Positions 23,594 to 32,939 of a stretch of DNA of 64,000 nucleotides are shown one piece after another. A model generated the notes under the pieces. That model searched no databases, was not told the DNA's origin, and worked only from the letters and a program-made list of their open reading frames with translations. A program made the position numbers and the translations under genes. Source of the DNA: an uncultured Bacteroidales bacterium (GTDB taxonomy: Bacteria; Bacteroidota; Bacteroidia; Bacteroidales; Paludibacteraceae); NCBI GenBank assembly GCA_902785605.1, contig CACZZL010000008.1, forward strand, positions 8,538 through 72,537, written 5' to 3'. Numbering within the stretch: position 1 is the stretch's first letter; each line of letters begins with the position of its first letter.

Positions 23594-25696
23594 TTAGCTT
23601 ATTTCGCTCCAATTCTGCGGCATTTCTGCCCGTTTGAGGTCTAATTGGCGCTTGTAGATGCGGTTTATCTCATCTTCGAGCAACGGGTCCTTGTCCAGAA
23701 TGTCGAGTGCTGCTTGACGTGCCAAGGCGAGTAACTGTCCGTCGGTGGCGAGGTTCGCTATCTTGAGGTCAAACGGTATACCGGACTGCTGCGTGCCTTC
23801 CAGGTCACCCGCTCCTCGCAGACGCAGATCCTCTTCGGCGATACGGAAACCGTCGTTGGTCGCCACCATGATATCCATCCGTTTGCGAGTGTCGGTACTG
23901 AGTTCCATGTCGGTTAACAGGATACAGAAACTCTGATCACCGCCTCGTCCGACACGACCGCGGAGCTGATGGAGCTGACTCAAACCGAATCGCTCGGCGT
24001 TCTGGATGATCATTACCGTTGCGTTGGGTACATTGACCCCCACCTCGATGACTGTAGTAGCGACTAAGATCTGGGTCTCGCCATTGGCAAAACGGGTCAT
24101 CTGTAGATCTTTGTCTGCCGCTTTCATCTGACCGTGCACCATGGAAATCTTGTACTCGGGGAACGCTTCGCACAGTTCGTTGAACCCGTTCTCCAGATCC
24201 TGCAAATCCATTTTTTCGTTCTCTTTGATGAGTGGGAAAACGACATAGATCTGCCTGCCTTTCTGAATTTGCTCGCGCACGAACGCGTACACCTGCGCGC
24301 GTTTCTTTATAGAATAATGTATAGTCTGTACGGGTTTACGTCCCGGCGGCAGTTCGTCGATGATGGAGACGCGTAAGTCTCCGTACACGGTCATGGCCAG
24401 CGTACGCGGGATCGGGGTCGCTGACATGACGAGCACATGGGGGGGCATCTGGTTCTTCGTCCACAATTTAGCACGCTGCGCGACACCGAACCGGTGTTGC
24501 TCGTCGATCACTACGAAACCGAGGTTCTGCCATTGTACCGTATCTTCGAGCAGCGCGTGTGTTCCGACCAGAATATGAATCGTACCGTTCATCAGGCCGT
24601 TGTGTATCGGCACACGGTTCTTCGCACTCGTTGAACCGGTCAGCAAGGCTATATGGACCGCGTCGCCCAGCGGAGCCAGGAACGCTTTGAGGGTCTCATA
24701 GTGTTGGTTCGCCAAGATCTCCGTCGGAGCCATGATACAGGCCTGATAGCCGTTATCGACCGCCAGCAGACAGCACATGAGCGCTACCATGGTCTTACCA
24801 GAACCCACATCGCCTTGCAGCAGACGGTTCATCTGATGCCCCGACTTGAGATCATCGTGAATCTCGTGAATGACGCGTTTCTGGGCGCTGGTCAGGTCAA
24901 ACGGCAAGGCTTTGTACAAGGCGTGAAAACGACTACCGACCATCGGCATCGCGAAGCCCGGGTTCTGCTCCCGACGCTTCATCTGACGTAAGAGATGGAG
25001 CTGCACGTAGAACAGTTCTTCGAACTTAAGTCGTGCCCGTGCGTTCTGCATGGACAGCGTGTCTTTGGGGAAGTGGACGTTGATCAGCGCCTCGGTCAGG
25101 CTCATCAAACGGTATTTTTGCAGAACGTCTGCCCCGATGGTGTCGGGCACTCCCATTTTCAGGTCCGGTAGCAATTCGGCGATGATGTTACGCATCGCTT
25201 TGGAGTTCAACCCGACGCGTTTCATCTTCTCCGTCGTGTTGTAGTACGGCTCCAGACCTTGCGTCATCTCCGGGGTCACCTTGTCCCAAGGTGTCAGTTC
25301 CGGGTGAACGAAGTTATAGATATGGTTGAACCGGCTCGGCTTGCCGAACAGCAGGTATTTGATGTTCCGCTGCAACTTGACGTATTTTACCCCTTGGAAC
25401 CACACCAACTCGCATTGGTGTGTGCCGTCAAAGAACGTCGCACTCAACCGCTGTGCCTTGCCGATTCCGATTGTGTGCCATTCGGTCACTTCACCGATGA
25501 TCTGCACGTACGTGTCCTCGTCGTCCAGCTCTGCGATGCGGTAGAAACGGCTGCGGTCGATGTACTTGTACGGGAATTGCCGCACCATATCGAGCGCGGT
25601 CCGGACATCGAGTTCATGACGAAGAATGTCGGCACGCTTGGCACCGACATTCTTACAATATGCTATATCTCTATAGGCTAATTCCATTGGCCGCAT
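23594..25696 (-). CDS. recG: ATP-dependent DNA helicase RecG
   Basis: 700 aa. Wedge domain followed by SF2 motifs GDVGSGKT, VIDEQHRFGV, MSATPIPRT and QLHQLRGRVGRG. Confidence 0.9.
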   Translation of the reverse strand: MRPMELAYRDIAYCKNVGAKRADILRHELDVRTALDMVRQFPYKYIDRSRFYRIAELDDEDTYVQIIGEVTEWHTIGIGKAQRLSATFFDGTHQCELVWFQGVKYVKLQRNIKYLLFGKPSRFNHIYNFVHPELTPWDKVTPEMTQGLEPYYNTTEKMKRVGLNSKAMRNIIAELLPDLKMGVPDTIGADVLQKYRLMSLTEALINVHFPKDTLSMQNARARLKFEELFYVQLHLLRQMKRREQNPGFAMPMVGSRFHALYKALPFDLTSAQKRVIHEIHDDLKSGHQMNRLLQGDVGSGKTMVALMCCLLAVDNGYQACIMAPTEILANQHYETLKAFLAPLGDAVHIALLTGSTSAKNRVPIHNGLMNGTIHILVGTHALLEDTVQWQNLGFVVIDEQHRFGVAQRAKLWTKNQMPPHVLVMSATPIPRTLAMTVYGDLRVSIIDELPPGRKPVQTIHYSIKKRAQVYAFVREQIQKGRQIYVVFPLIKENEKMDLQDLENGFNELCEAFPEYKISMVHGQMKAADKDLQMTRFANGETQILVATTVIEVGVNVPNATVMIIQNAERFGLSQLHQLRGRVGRGGDQSFCILLTDMELSTDTRKRMDIMVATNDGFRIAEEDLRLRGAGDLEGTQQSGIPFDLKIANLATDGQLLALARQAALDILDKDPLLEDEINRIYKRQLDLKRAEMPQNWSEIS

Positions 25697-25722
25697 CGTT
25701 AAGCGGGTGTCGAGCCGCTCGA

Positions 25723-26403
25723 CTATTGGAGTTTGAAGCTAACAGGAACCGTGAACTTAACACGTACCGGTTTACCACGTTGCTTACCCGGTTTCCACTT
25801 CGGCATCGTCTTGATGACGCGAACGGCCTCTTTGTCCAACGACGGGTCACCACCCGAACGAACAACCTCGATATCTACGATCGAACCGTCTTTGTTCACC
25901 GTGAACTGGCAGATAACACGACCCTGGATACCGTTCTCTTGTGCGATAACCGGATACTTGATGTTATCACTCAGGTACTTGAACAGCGCCTGCTGGCCAC
26001 CCGGGAATTCCGGCATGGACTCAACGACCACGAAGACAACCTCTTCTTCCTCTTCCTCAACCGGAGCCTCAACCGGAGCAGCGATAACGATCTCTTCGGT
26101 CTTGTCATCTTCGGTGTTTACCTCGATGGACTCGGTCTCGACGTTATCCTCTACGACGTTCAGCACCTCAACCTCTTGTACGGCAGGGGGTGGGGGAGGG
26201 GGAGGAGTCTCTTGACTCGTTTGCTGAATCTCAATCTCTTCCTCGAAGAACAGATCGGTGTCTGTCACTTCGTACTTCGTGACCTCTTTCTCGGTCCACT
26301 CCAATGCTACATAGCAAAGGCTGAGCACAATCACCAAACCCATCAAAACATAGATGAGTTTGTCTTTCTCTAGACTGGCTTTTTCTGATTTCTTGACTTG
26401 CAT
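25723..26403 (-). CDS. tonB: energy transducer TonB
   Basis: N-terminal TM segment. Pro/Glu-rich spacer (ETPPPPPPPAVQEVE). TonB C-terminal domain (FPGGQQALFKYLSDNIKYP...GIQGRVICQFTVNKDGSI). Confidence 0.85.
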   Translation of the reverse strand: MQVKKSEKASLEKDKLIYVLMGLVIVLSLCYVALEWTEKEVTKYEVTDTDLFFEEEIEIQQTSQETPPPPPPPAVQEVEVLNVVEDNVETESIEVNTEDDKTEEIVIAAPVEAPVEEEEEEVVFVVVESMPEFPGGQQALFKYLSDNIKYPVIAQENGIQGRVICQFTVNKDGSIVDIEVVRSGGDPSLDKEAVRVIKTMPKWKPGKQRGKPVRVKFTVPVSFKLQ

Positions 26404-26428
26404 ATCTTGTGTTTTTTAGGTCGTTGAA

Positions 26429-27238
26429 CTAAAATCGGCTACAAAGGTACAACTTTTTTTTGAATTGTGCAAATAAAAAGTAAAAATTTTGCCATAAGTA
26501 CCATAAAATCGCCTTATCCCACCTGAAATGAAAGTGATTTGGGTATTTTTTATCGAGCCAATGCCACATTCGGATGCGTTCTTTGCGGTAACGCAACCGT
26601 GCTTTGGCACTCCCGGCTTGAGACACTGATTCATGGGACCGCCAGACGGCAGTAGGTTGATCGAGATAGCCGAAAAGAGTCTTTTGGGAGAAGACACCGT
26701 ACAGCGGATAATCGAGTACCGGAAAATGCTGCTGCTCGATCTCTTGGAGTTCGTTCTCGTCCAGCAATTCCGTTTGGAACACCACCGTACAATTGGTCTG
26801 TCGTGCTCCGGTCAGGTTATATTGCTCGCGCAAATCTCCCGTCGGAATGGTCTCTGCGCTCTGTCCTTCTACGGCGGTATGCACCAAGCCTACTTCTGAA
26901 TGAGACCGCAGATAATCGACCTGTAGTTGCAATTTGTGGATTTCTGTCCAATAGTCATCCCCGTCCAGCATTGCGATGTATTCACATCCGTCTGCCAGAA
27001 TACGCCGGTATAGATCAATCGTGTTGGCCGTTAACCCGATATTGGTGGCGCGATGCACATACACAATGCACTCATTCTTAGCCGCATAGCGTTCGCAGAT
27101 AGCACCGGTGCCATCGGTCGATGCGTCATCACCGATATAGATGCGAATGGGCTCATCACACACCTGCGCCAGCACACTATCTATCGCTTGTGCAATAAAC
27201 GCTTCGTGGTTATATGTCGCTATGCAAACAGCTATCAT
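26429..27238 (-). CDS. family 2 glycosyltransferase
   Basis: MIAVCIATYNHEAFIAQAIDSVLAQ ... IYIGDDASTDGT ... DGDDYW, the GT2 DXD-type signature. Confidence 0.8.
   Translation of the reverse strand: MIAVCIATYNHEAFIAQAIDSVLAQVCDEPIRIYIGDDASTDGTGAICERYAAKNECIVYVHRATNIGLTANTIDLYRRILADGCEYIAMLDGDDYWTEIHKLQLQVDYLRSHSEVGLVHTAVEGQSAETIPTGDLREQYNLTGARQTNCTVVFQTELLDENELQEIEQQHFPVLDYPLYGVFSQKTLFGYLDQPTAVWRSHESVSQAGSAKARLRYRKERIRMWHWLDKKYPNHFHFRWDKAILWYLWQNFYFLFAQFKKKLYLCSRF
26442..26474 (-). promoter_or_regulatory. sigma-A promoter of tonB embedded in the 3' end of the upstream glycosyltransferase gene
   Basis: The minus strand reads TTTGCACAATTCAAAAAAAAGTTGTACCTTTGTAG. Confidence 0.6.
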
Positions 27239-28271
27239 ACACTACTTTCAGTTTCTTTCCTATCGCTTCCGCACTAAACCGCTCTGTGCTCTCCTGATTC
27301 CTGACTTCTGACTCTTGATTCCACAGGATCGTCTCCATGAACTGCGCAAACGTACCGGCTTTGTGTTGGGCGATCTCTTGCGGTACGATGAGGGCATCCA
27401 GGTCCTGTGCAATGCCTACCGGTGTACTCAAAATCGGTAAGCCGGCTACAGCCGCTTCCGCGAGCACCACTCCGTAGGTCTCGTATCGGCTGCTGAGCAC
27501 CAACGCGTCTGCGTGGTGCATTCGCTCGGCTACTTGTTCCGGAGTCAATTCGCCGGTCCATTCCAACACCTTTTCCGGGATGTTAAGATTTGTGGCAAAG
27601 TTACGAACCTCCTGATAATCAACACCTGTTCCTACGAGAACCAGTTTCCAGTCCTGACGTTTCTCACTCAGCATCTTCGCTGCCCGAAGCAGCCCCTTCA
27701 CGTTCTTCGCACGCTCGTCAAAACAGCTGACATGAAGCAGCGTCTTGGTCCTTTGTCCATTGTCCTTTAGCGAAGCGGTCTTTTGTCCACAGAAGAAATC
27801 ATCCACCACATTATCGATCAGTCCCCACTTCTTCGCCTGCAAGCCTGCCTGTTGCATGGCTTCTAGGAGCGGACGACTGACGGGCAACACCTGTTCCGCT
27901 TCGCGGCAAACGCGCTGCACAAAACTCTGTTTTAGGGCCGACATCCGTTTGTACTGTCCGTTCTGCGGCAGAAAACCGCTCCAGTGTTCTATTATTATAT
28001 AAGGTATATGGTAGTGCTCCTTCAGCCAAAGTGCCAGCGCGCCTTGTTTTTGAATCACGTTCAGTTGCACTACGTCGGGTAGCCCCCAACTGCGCTGCAG
28101 CGTTTTCCACTGCCGCCATGTGTCCCGCCAGCCTTGCGAACAGATAACGCGCACGTCAACGCCCTGTGCGCGCACCGCTTCTACGTGCTTCTGAACAAAA
28201 AGCCCGCTCATTGCGTCCTTCTCGGACGGATACCAGGGAGTAAGAAAAAGAACTTTCACCGAAACCTCCAT
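27210..28271 (-). CDS. family 4 (GT-B) glycosyltransferase
   Basis: VLFLTPWYPS start and C-terminal SSRYETYGVVLAEAAVAGLPILSTPVG (EX7E-like). In-frame heptamer repeat at 27294-27321 encodes NQESEVRNQES. Confidence 0.75.
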   Translation of the reverse strand: MEVSVKVLFLTPWYPSEKDAMSGLFVQKHVEAVRAQGVDVRVICSQGWRDTWRQWKTLQRSWGLPDVVQLNVIQKQGALALWLKEHYHIPYIIIEHWSGFLPQNGQYKRMSALKQSFVQRVCREAEQVLPVSRPLLEAMQQAGLQAKKWGLIDNVVDDFFCGQKTASLKDNGQRTKTLLHVSCFDERAKNVKGLLRAAKMLSEKRQDWKLVLVGTGVDYQEVRNFATNLNIPEKVLEWTGELTPEQVAERMHHADALVLSSRYETYGVVLAEAAVAGLPILSTPVGIAQDLDALIVPQEIAQHKAGTFAQFMETILWNQESEVRNQESTERFSAEAIGKKLKVVYDSCLHSDI

Positions 28272-29215
28272 TCCTTCAGTTTCTGGAACCAGATCGCCAA
28301 GCGGAAGAGCGGCTTGTAGTATTTTTCGACCGCATAATACTTGGTGGGCGTCGAACCGAACTGACGGTAGTGCTCTGCGGTGCCTTTGTCCATCGAACCC
28401 TCGAAATCAAAACGAACGCCTTTCTCCTTGGCGAATTTCATGGCCTCCAATGCCAGCAAAGCCCCTGCTCCCGAGTCGCTGAACGCAGGGTCGTACGCAG
28501 GAATGAGGTAATACAGATAGTGCTTGTCCCACACCAGGAACGCTGCTGCATAGACCTGTCCGTCCGCATTGCAGATACTGAGAATCTGACACTGCTTGGC
28601 GCGGCGTGCTTTGCGCTCGAGAACCAGCAGGAACTCACGCGTGTAACTGATTCGGCGTTTGCGGGCTGCCAGACAATCCGCATGGAAGCGATAAAAATCC
28701 TCCACTTCCATCGTCCGCTCCACATGCAGCGAGGCCGCTTTTTTCAGTTGCCGCTGTTTATTCTTGCTGAACGATGCCTTCAGTGCCTCTATATCGCTCA
28801 GATCATCGACCCGGTACGTTGTCCGCTGTCTGGTCTTGAATCCCAACGCACGCATCGCATCCACGCACAGACTGCCGGGCATGAACTGCTGGTAGTAGTA
28901 CGCCAGATTCATCTGGTCCAGCCGCTCTTTGATCTGACGGCATACCTCTGCCGTTCTCCATTTGTCGGCTGTCACTTCCGGGGTCACCCATATGCCGCCT
29001 ATGTGCGACAGTTGGGGCATGAGGATGTATCGGAATCGGGCGCGCTTGCGTAGCAAGAACGGCATCGCTCCTTGGATGTTACCCTTCTCGTCTTCCACCA
29101 CAATAGCGTCCCACTCCTTGCCTGCGCACACCGCATCCATCCACCACGGCATCATCGTGACGGGCATGTATTCCTGCTCATTCGCCCACGCAATATAGCG
29201 TTCTTTTTCGGTCAT
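28256..29215 (-). CDS. FemAB-like / GNAT-fold acyltransferase
   Basis: 319 aa. ILMPQLSHIGGIW ... YAAAFLVWDKHYLYYLIPAYDPAFSDSGAGALLALEAMKFAKEKG resembles FemAB / Acetyltransf_6 proteins. Confidence 0.5.
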   Translation of the reverse strand: MTEKERYIAWANEQEYMPVTMMPWWMDAVCAGKEWDAIVVEDEKGNIQGAMPFLLRKRARFRYILMPQLSHIGGIWVTPEVTADKWRTAEVCRQIKERLDQMNLAYYYQQFMPGSLCVDAMRALGFKTRQRTTYRVDDLSDIEALKASFSKNKQRQLKKAASLHVERTMEVEDFYRFHADCLAARKRRISYTREFLLVLERKARRAKQCQILSICNADGQVYAAAFLVWDKHYLYYLIPAYDPAFSDSGAGALLALEAMKFAKEKGVRFDFEGSMDKGTAEHYRQFGSTPTKYYAVEKYYKPLFRLAIWFQKLKEWRFR

Positions 29216-29673
29216 TAGAAAATATCATTAAAGAAACCGCCTTTTCTGCCCTCTTCCGGCTCCTGTACAACTTGTGCCTCGTCGTTCTGATCCTCTACAG
29301 GCTGACTGTTGGCGGCTGAATTCTGATTTCTGTATATCTCCGGACGGTAGAGAATCTGTACGTTCTCTGCAATCACCTCTGTTTTGCGACGAATCTGTCC
29401 GTCTTTCTCCCATGTACGGGTTTTGAGCTTGCCCTCCACATACACTTTCATGCTCTTTTTCAGGTACTGCTGTGCCCACTCGGCCAGATTGCGCCAAAGG
29501 ACAATACTGTGCCACTCCGTCACGTCCGGTACTTGAGTACCGTTTTGCATAATGTAACCACGCTCGGTTGTTGCCAAATTGAAGTTTGCGATAGCCACGC
29601 CGCGATCTAAATAACGTACTTCCGGATCTGCACCGACGTTGCCAATAAGAATAACTTTGTTTACGCTTGACAT
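29215..29673 (-). CDS. ssb: single-stranded DNA-binding protein
   Basis: MSSVNKVILIGNVGADPEVRY ... TEWHSIVLWRNLAE is an OB fold, with an acidic/aromatic C-terminal tip. Confidence 0.9.
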   Translation of the reverse strand: MSSVNKVILIGNVGADPEVRYLDRGVAIANFNLATTERGYIMQNGTQVPDVTEWHSIVLWRNLAEWAQQYLKKSMKVYVEGKLKTRTWEKDGQIRRKTEVIAENVQILYRPEIYRNQNSAANSQPVEDQNDEAQVVQEPEEGRKGGFFNDIF

Positions 29674-29744
29674 AATTAATTAGATTTGTTTGTTAAATGT
29701 GTTATTGTGTGTTTTGATTGTTGCGTCTCAAACCTTTGCGAGTG

Positions 29745-29834
29745 CAAAGGTACAATAATTTTTCCACATCTGCAAATTTTTAGGTGTTTTTTTCAAAAAA
29801 TCTTGCATATGTCATTTTTTTTCTGTAATTTTGC
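29745..29834. promoter_or_regulatory. divergent promoters (minus: ssb operon; plus: toxin-antitoxin pair)
   Basis: Minus TACCTTTG at 29745-29752 with a TTTGCAG -33. Plus TTG at 29803-29805 and TAATTTTG at 29826-29833. Confidence 0.65.
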
Positions 29835-29859
29835 ACCGCAAAATAGAAAGGAGGCTATT

Positions 29860-30105
29860 ATGACCGCTTTACAACTAAATGCAGAACTATATCGCAACTT
29901 GGCGCTTATCGCTGAGGACGAGACCATGTATGATAAACTCGTCAAGTACGTTCGTCGTTTGGCTAAACAGATGACGAACGATCCTACGTTGATGTCGAAA
30001 GAAGAGTACTTCCAGCGACTTGACGAGGCTGAAAAAGGACCAAAGTATAAGATGTTGCCTAACGAATCATTAGACGATATGTTAACACGTCTTGGCTATG
30101 TATGA
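29860..30105 (+). CDS. antitoxin of a YoeB/Txe-type pair
   Basis: 81 aa (MTALQLNAELYRNLALIAEDE...). AAGGAGG lies 6 nt upstream. An 8-nt overlap with the toxin gene gives typical type II TA architecture. Confidence 0.55.
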   Translation: MTALQLNAELYRNLALIAEDETMYDKLVKYVRRLAKQMTNDPTLMSKEEYFQRLDEAEKGPKYKMLPNESLDDMLTRLGYV

Positions 30106-30370
30106 AATTGAATATCAAGAGCAAGCGTTGTTAGACATCGCTAAACTCAAAAGAGACGAACCTGCTGCCTATAAGAAAGTTGTATCGTTTATTCAAGAGT
30201 TAAAAGAGCATCCCAAAACCGGCACAGGACACCCCGAACCGTTAAAAGGACAGCCGGAAGGCAGATGGTCGAGGCAAATTAGCAAAAAACACAGACTCGT
30301 TTATCGTATTTTCGAAACAGAAGTCGTGGTGCTTGTTATTGCGGCCTACGGTCATTACGATGACAAATAA
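30098..30370 (+). CDS. Txe/YoeB-family (RelE/ParE superfamily) toxin
   Basis: MYEIEYQEQALLDIAKLKRDEPAAYKKV...HPKTGTGHPEPLKG...WSRQISKKHRLVYRI...VVVLVIAAYGHY is family-typical text. Confidence 0.8.
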   Translation: MYEIEYQEQALLDIAKLKRDEPAAYKKVVSFIQELKEHPKTGTGHPEPLKGQPEGRWSRQISKKHRLVYRIFETEVVVLVIAAYGHYDDK

Positions 30371-30750
30371 AACCCCTCGTGCTTGCCGCGGAGCGTTCTC
30401 CCGACAAACGGGAGAAGCGGCCTCCGCCTAAGAGGGCATAGAAAATAATGCTGGCCTTGACAGCATAACAAATAAAGCAAGGACATATTGAAATAACGGG
30501 CGCAAAGTGTTGCGCTGACAAAATAACATATTAATAGCATATCTATTATTTCGTGTCAACCGAAACCACTGCAAATCGTTTTAAGGATAAGACTCAGAAA
30601 TAATAAGAAAGGGTAGCTGTTTAGGGTTACTCTCCACCTCAATAATAGATGCTCACAGTATTGTGGGTTTCTTAGAGGTGTATGAGTAAGGTCCTATTGC
30701 AGTGGTGCCTTGGTTAGACATGATAAGAAACTCACTTTTCTTATCGTTCG

Positions 30751-30782
30751 GATTGATAGTTATGCAAAAATGACTATCAATC
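30751..30782. promoter_or_regulatory. perfect 10-bp inverted repeat abutting the methyltransferase start codon
   Basis: GATTGATAGT, 12 nt spacer, ACTATCAATC. It ends 1 nt before ATG 30784. Confidence 0.5.
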
Positions 30783-30783
30783 T

Positions 30784-31809
30784 ATGCCACAAGTAGCTCT
30801 TAACGCTGCGCAAGAAGCAAGAAAGGATGAGTTCTATACCAAATTGGACGACATTGCCAAAGAACTCAAGTATTACAAGCAATACTTTAAAGACAAAGTA
30901 GTGCTTTGTAATTGCGACGACCCGTACGAAAGCAATTTCTTCAAATACTTTGCGCTTAATTTCAATCTATTAGGACTCAGGAAACTCATAGCAACCTGCT
31001 ATGATGGTTCGCCTATTGCCGGAGATGAATTGCCCTTACTGTTTGAAATAGAAGAAACAGAGCCGAAGAAGATTGCTTACAAGGTAGAAATTACAGAAGT
31101 TGGAGACTACAATAATGATGGCGCGGTAAATATGACGGATGTTCAGTGGCTCATTCAGAACGATAAGAATGCGCTATCTCTACTCAAAGGGAACGGCTCA
31201 TTTGATAGTCCCGAATGTATCGAATTACTCAAAGAAGCCGATATAGTAGTTACAAATCCACCTTTCTCTTTGTTCCGTGAGTACCTTGCATTGTTAGAAA
31301 AATACGAAAAGCAATTTATCATTATTGGCAACACAAACGCACTTACATATAAAGAAACTTTCCGCATGTTCCAACAGGACAAAATTCGCACAGGTTATAC
31401 CAATTTTAATGTGGGAATGTTTTTCCAAGTGCCAGATAATTGGGAAAAGTTCCATCATATAGAAAACGGCAAAAAGATGGCTCGTGTTTCTACCTCTTGC
31501 TGGTTTACGAATCTCCCTGTTACACGTCACAATGAAGACTTGATCCTTTATAAACATTATACGCCGGAGGAGTATCCCAAATATGACAACTTTGATGCAA
31601 TCAATGTAAAAACATATACGGACATCCCTTGTGATTATGAAGGAATAATGGGAGTGCCTGTAACTTTCTTAGATAAATTTAATCCAGATCAATTTGAAAT
31701 AGTAGGAAATGAGTATAGCCTGAATATTCCTAAAGGAAGAGGATATATTAATGGCGAGAAACAGTATTCTCGCGTGTTTATTCGTAATAAAAAACCACAA
31801 AAGCCATGA
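30784..31809 (+). CDS. N6-adenine DNA methyltransferase (EcoRI-methylase-like) with an inserted dockerin/EF-hand-like loop
   Basis: Catalytic IVVTNPPFSLF (NPPF motif). N-terminal KDEFYT. Insert reads GDYNNDGAVNMTDVQWLIQ. Confidence 0.7.
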   Translation: MPQVALNAAQEARKDEFYTKLDDIAKELKYYKQYFKDKVVLCNCDDPYESNFFKYFALNFNLLGLRKLIATCYDGSPIAGDELPLLFEIEETEPKKIAYKVEITEVGDYNNDGAVNMTDVQWLIQNDKNALSLLKGNGSFDSPECIELLKEADIVVTNPPFSLFREYLALLEKYEKQFIIIGNTNALTYKETFRMFQQDKIRTGYTNFNVGMFFQVPDNWEKFHHIENGKKMARVSTSCWFTNLPVTRHNEDLILYKHYTPEEYPKYDNFDAINVKTYTDIPCDYEGIMGVPVTFLDKFNPDQFEIVGNEYSLNIPKGRGYINGEKQYSRVFIRNKKPQKP

Positions 31810-32927
31810 AAATAGATTTACATGAAGTATGCGTGCGGGAGTTGTGCGCGGGGTATAATGATTTGAGTATTCAGGAAGAAGGCATCGTCGGCTACGGCGG
31901 ACGACTCAATATCCGTCCTAAATATCAGCGCGAGTTCGTCTATGATGAGAAGAAACGCAACGCTGTCATGGATACCGTTTGGCAAAACTTTCCGCTCAAC
32001 GTCATGTATTGGGTGAAGACCGACGGTGCGGATGGTATTGAGTACGAGGTCTTAGATGGTCAGCAGCGTACGATTTCTATCTGCTCGTTCATCGCAGGCG
32101 AATATATGATGGAGTTTGACGGTAACTTGCTCGGTTTTAATAACATGACCCAAGAGCAGCAAAATCGTATCCTAGATTACAAGCTCCAAGTCTATATATG
32201 CGAGGGCACCGACGAAGAGAAAATCAAATGGTTTCAGCGTATCAATATAGCCGGCGAGAAACTGACCGACCAAGAGATTTTGAACGCTATTTATGCGGGT
32301 TCGTGGACGACGCAAGCCAAGCGCCGTTTCTCCAAGACAGGCTGTGTGGCTTATCGTATCGCCTCGGATTTCATGTCCGGTTCGCCGATTCGTCAGGACT
32401 ATTTTGAGACCGCGCTTCAGTGGATAGGTGACGCGCAAGACAAGTCGCTTCGTCAATACATGGCGGATCATCAGCACGACACCGATGCCGACGAACTCTG
32501 GCAGTATTTTCAGGACGTCATTCATTGGGTAGACAAACTCTTCGGACGTAAATACAAGAAAGAGATGAAAGGCGTTGAATGGGGTTTACTCTACAACAAA
32601 CACCGCGACACCAAACTCACGGCAACTGCTATCGGCGAACAAATGGCAAAACTGATGGCGGACTCCGACGTGCAGAAGAAATCCGGTATCTTTGCTTATA
32701 TTCTGGATGGCGACATTCACCATTTAGGTATTCGTGCATTTGATGCTAACACCCGTCGTGAAGTCTATGAGCGGCAAGGCGGCAAGTGCGCTATCTGCGG
32801 CAAGCCGTTTGACATCGAAGTCATGGAAGCCGATCATATTACACCGTGGGTTGAAGGCGGTCGTACTATCGCGAGCAACTGCCAAATGTTGTGTAGGGAG
32901 TGTAATCGGAGAAAGAGCAGTAAATAA
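31806..32927 (+). CDS. DUF262 (ParB-like, DGQQR) - HNH nuclease fusion
   Basis: LDGQQRTISI, the DUF262 signature. C-terminal CAICGKPF...ADHITPWVEGGRT..NCQMLCRECNRRK, an HNH motif. ATGA overlap with the methyltransferase gene. Confidence 0.75.
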   Translation: MKIDLHEVCVRELCAGYNDLSIQEEGIVGYGGRLNIRPKYQREFVYDEKKRNAVMDTVWQNFPLNVMYWVKTDGADGIEYEVLDGQQRTISICSFIAGEYMMEFDGNLLGFNNMTQEQQNRILDYKLQVYICEGTDEEKIKWFQRINIAGEKLTDQEILNAIYAGSWTTQAKRRFSKTGCVAYRIASDFMSGSPIRQDYFETALQWIGDAQDKSLRQYMADHQHDTDADELWQYFQDVIHWVDKLFGRKYKKEMKGVEWGLLYNKHRDTKLTATAIGEQMAKLMADSDVQKKSGIFAYILDGDIHHLGIRAFDANTRREVYERQGGKCAICGKPFDIEVMEADHITPWVEGGRTIASNCQMLCRECNRRKSSK

Positions 32928-32939
32928 TTATGCAAACAC

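Noticed and set aside
15229-30495. Shared 14-mer AGGACATATTGAAA at about 15229 and about 30480 as a regulatory motif
   Set aside because: In 64 kb, several identical 14-mer pairs are expected by chance (about N^2/2 divided by 4^14, or about 8). The flanks are only weakly similar.
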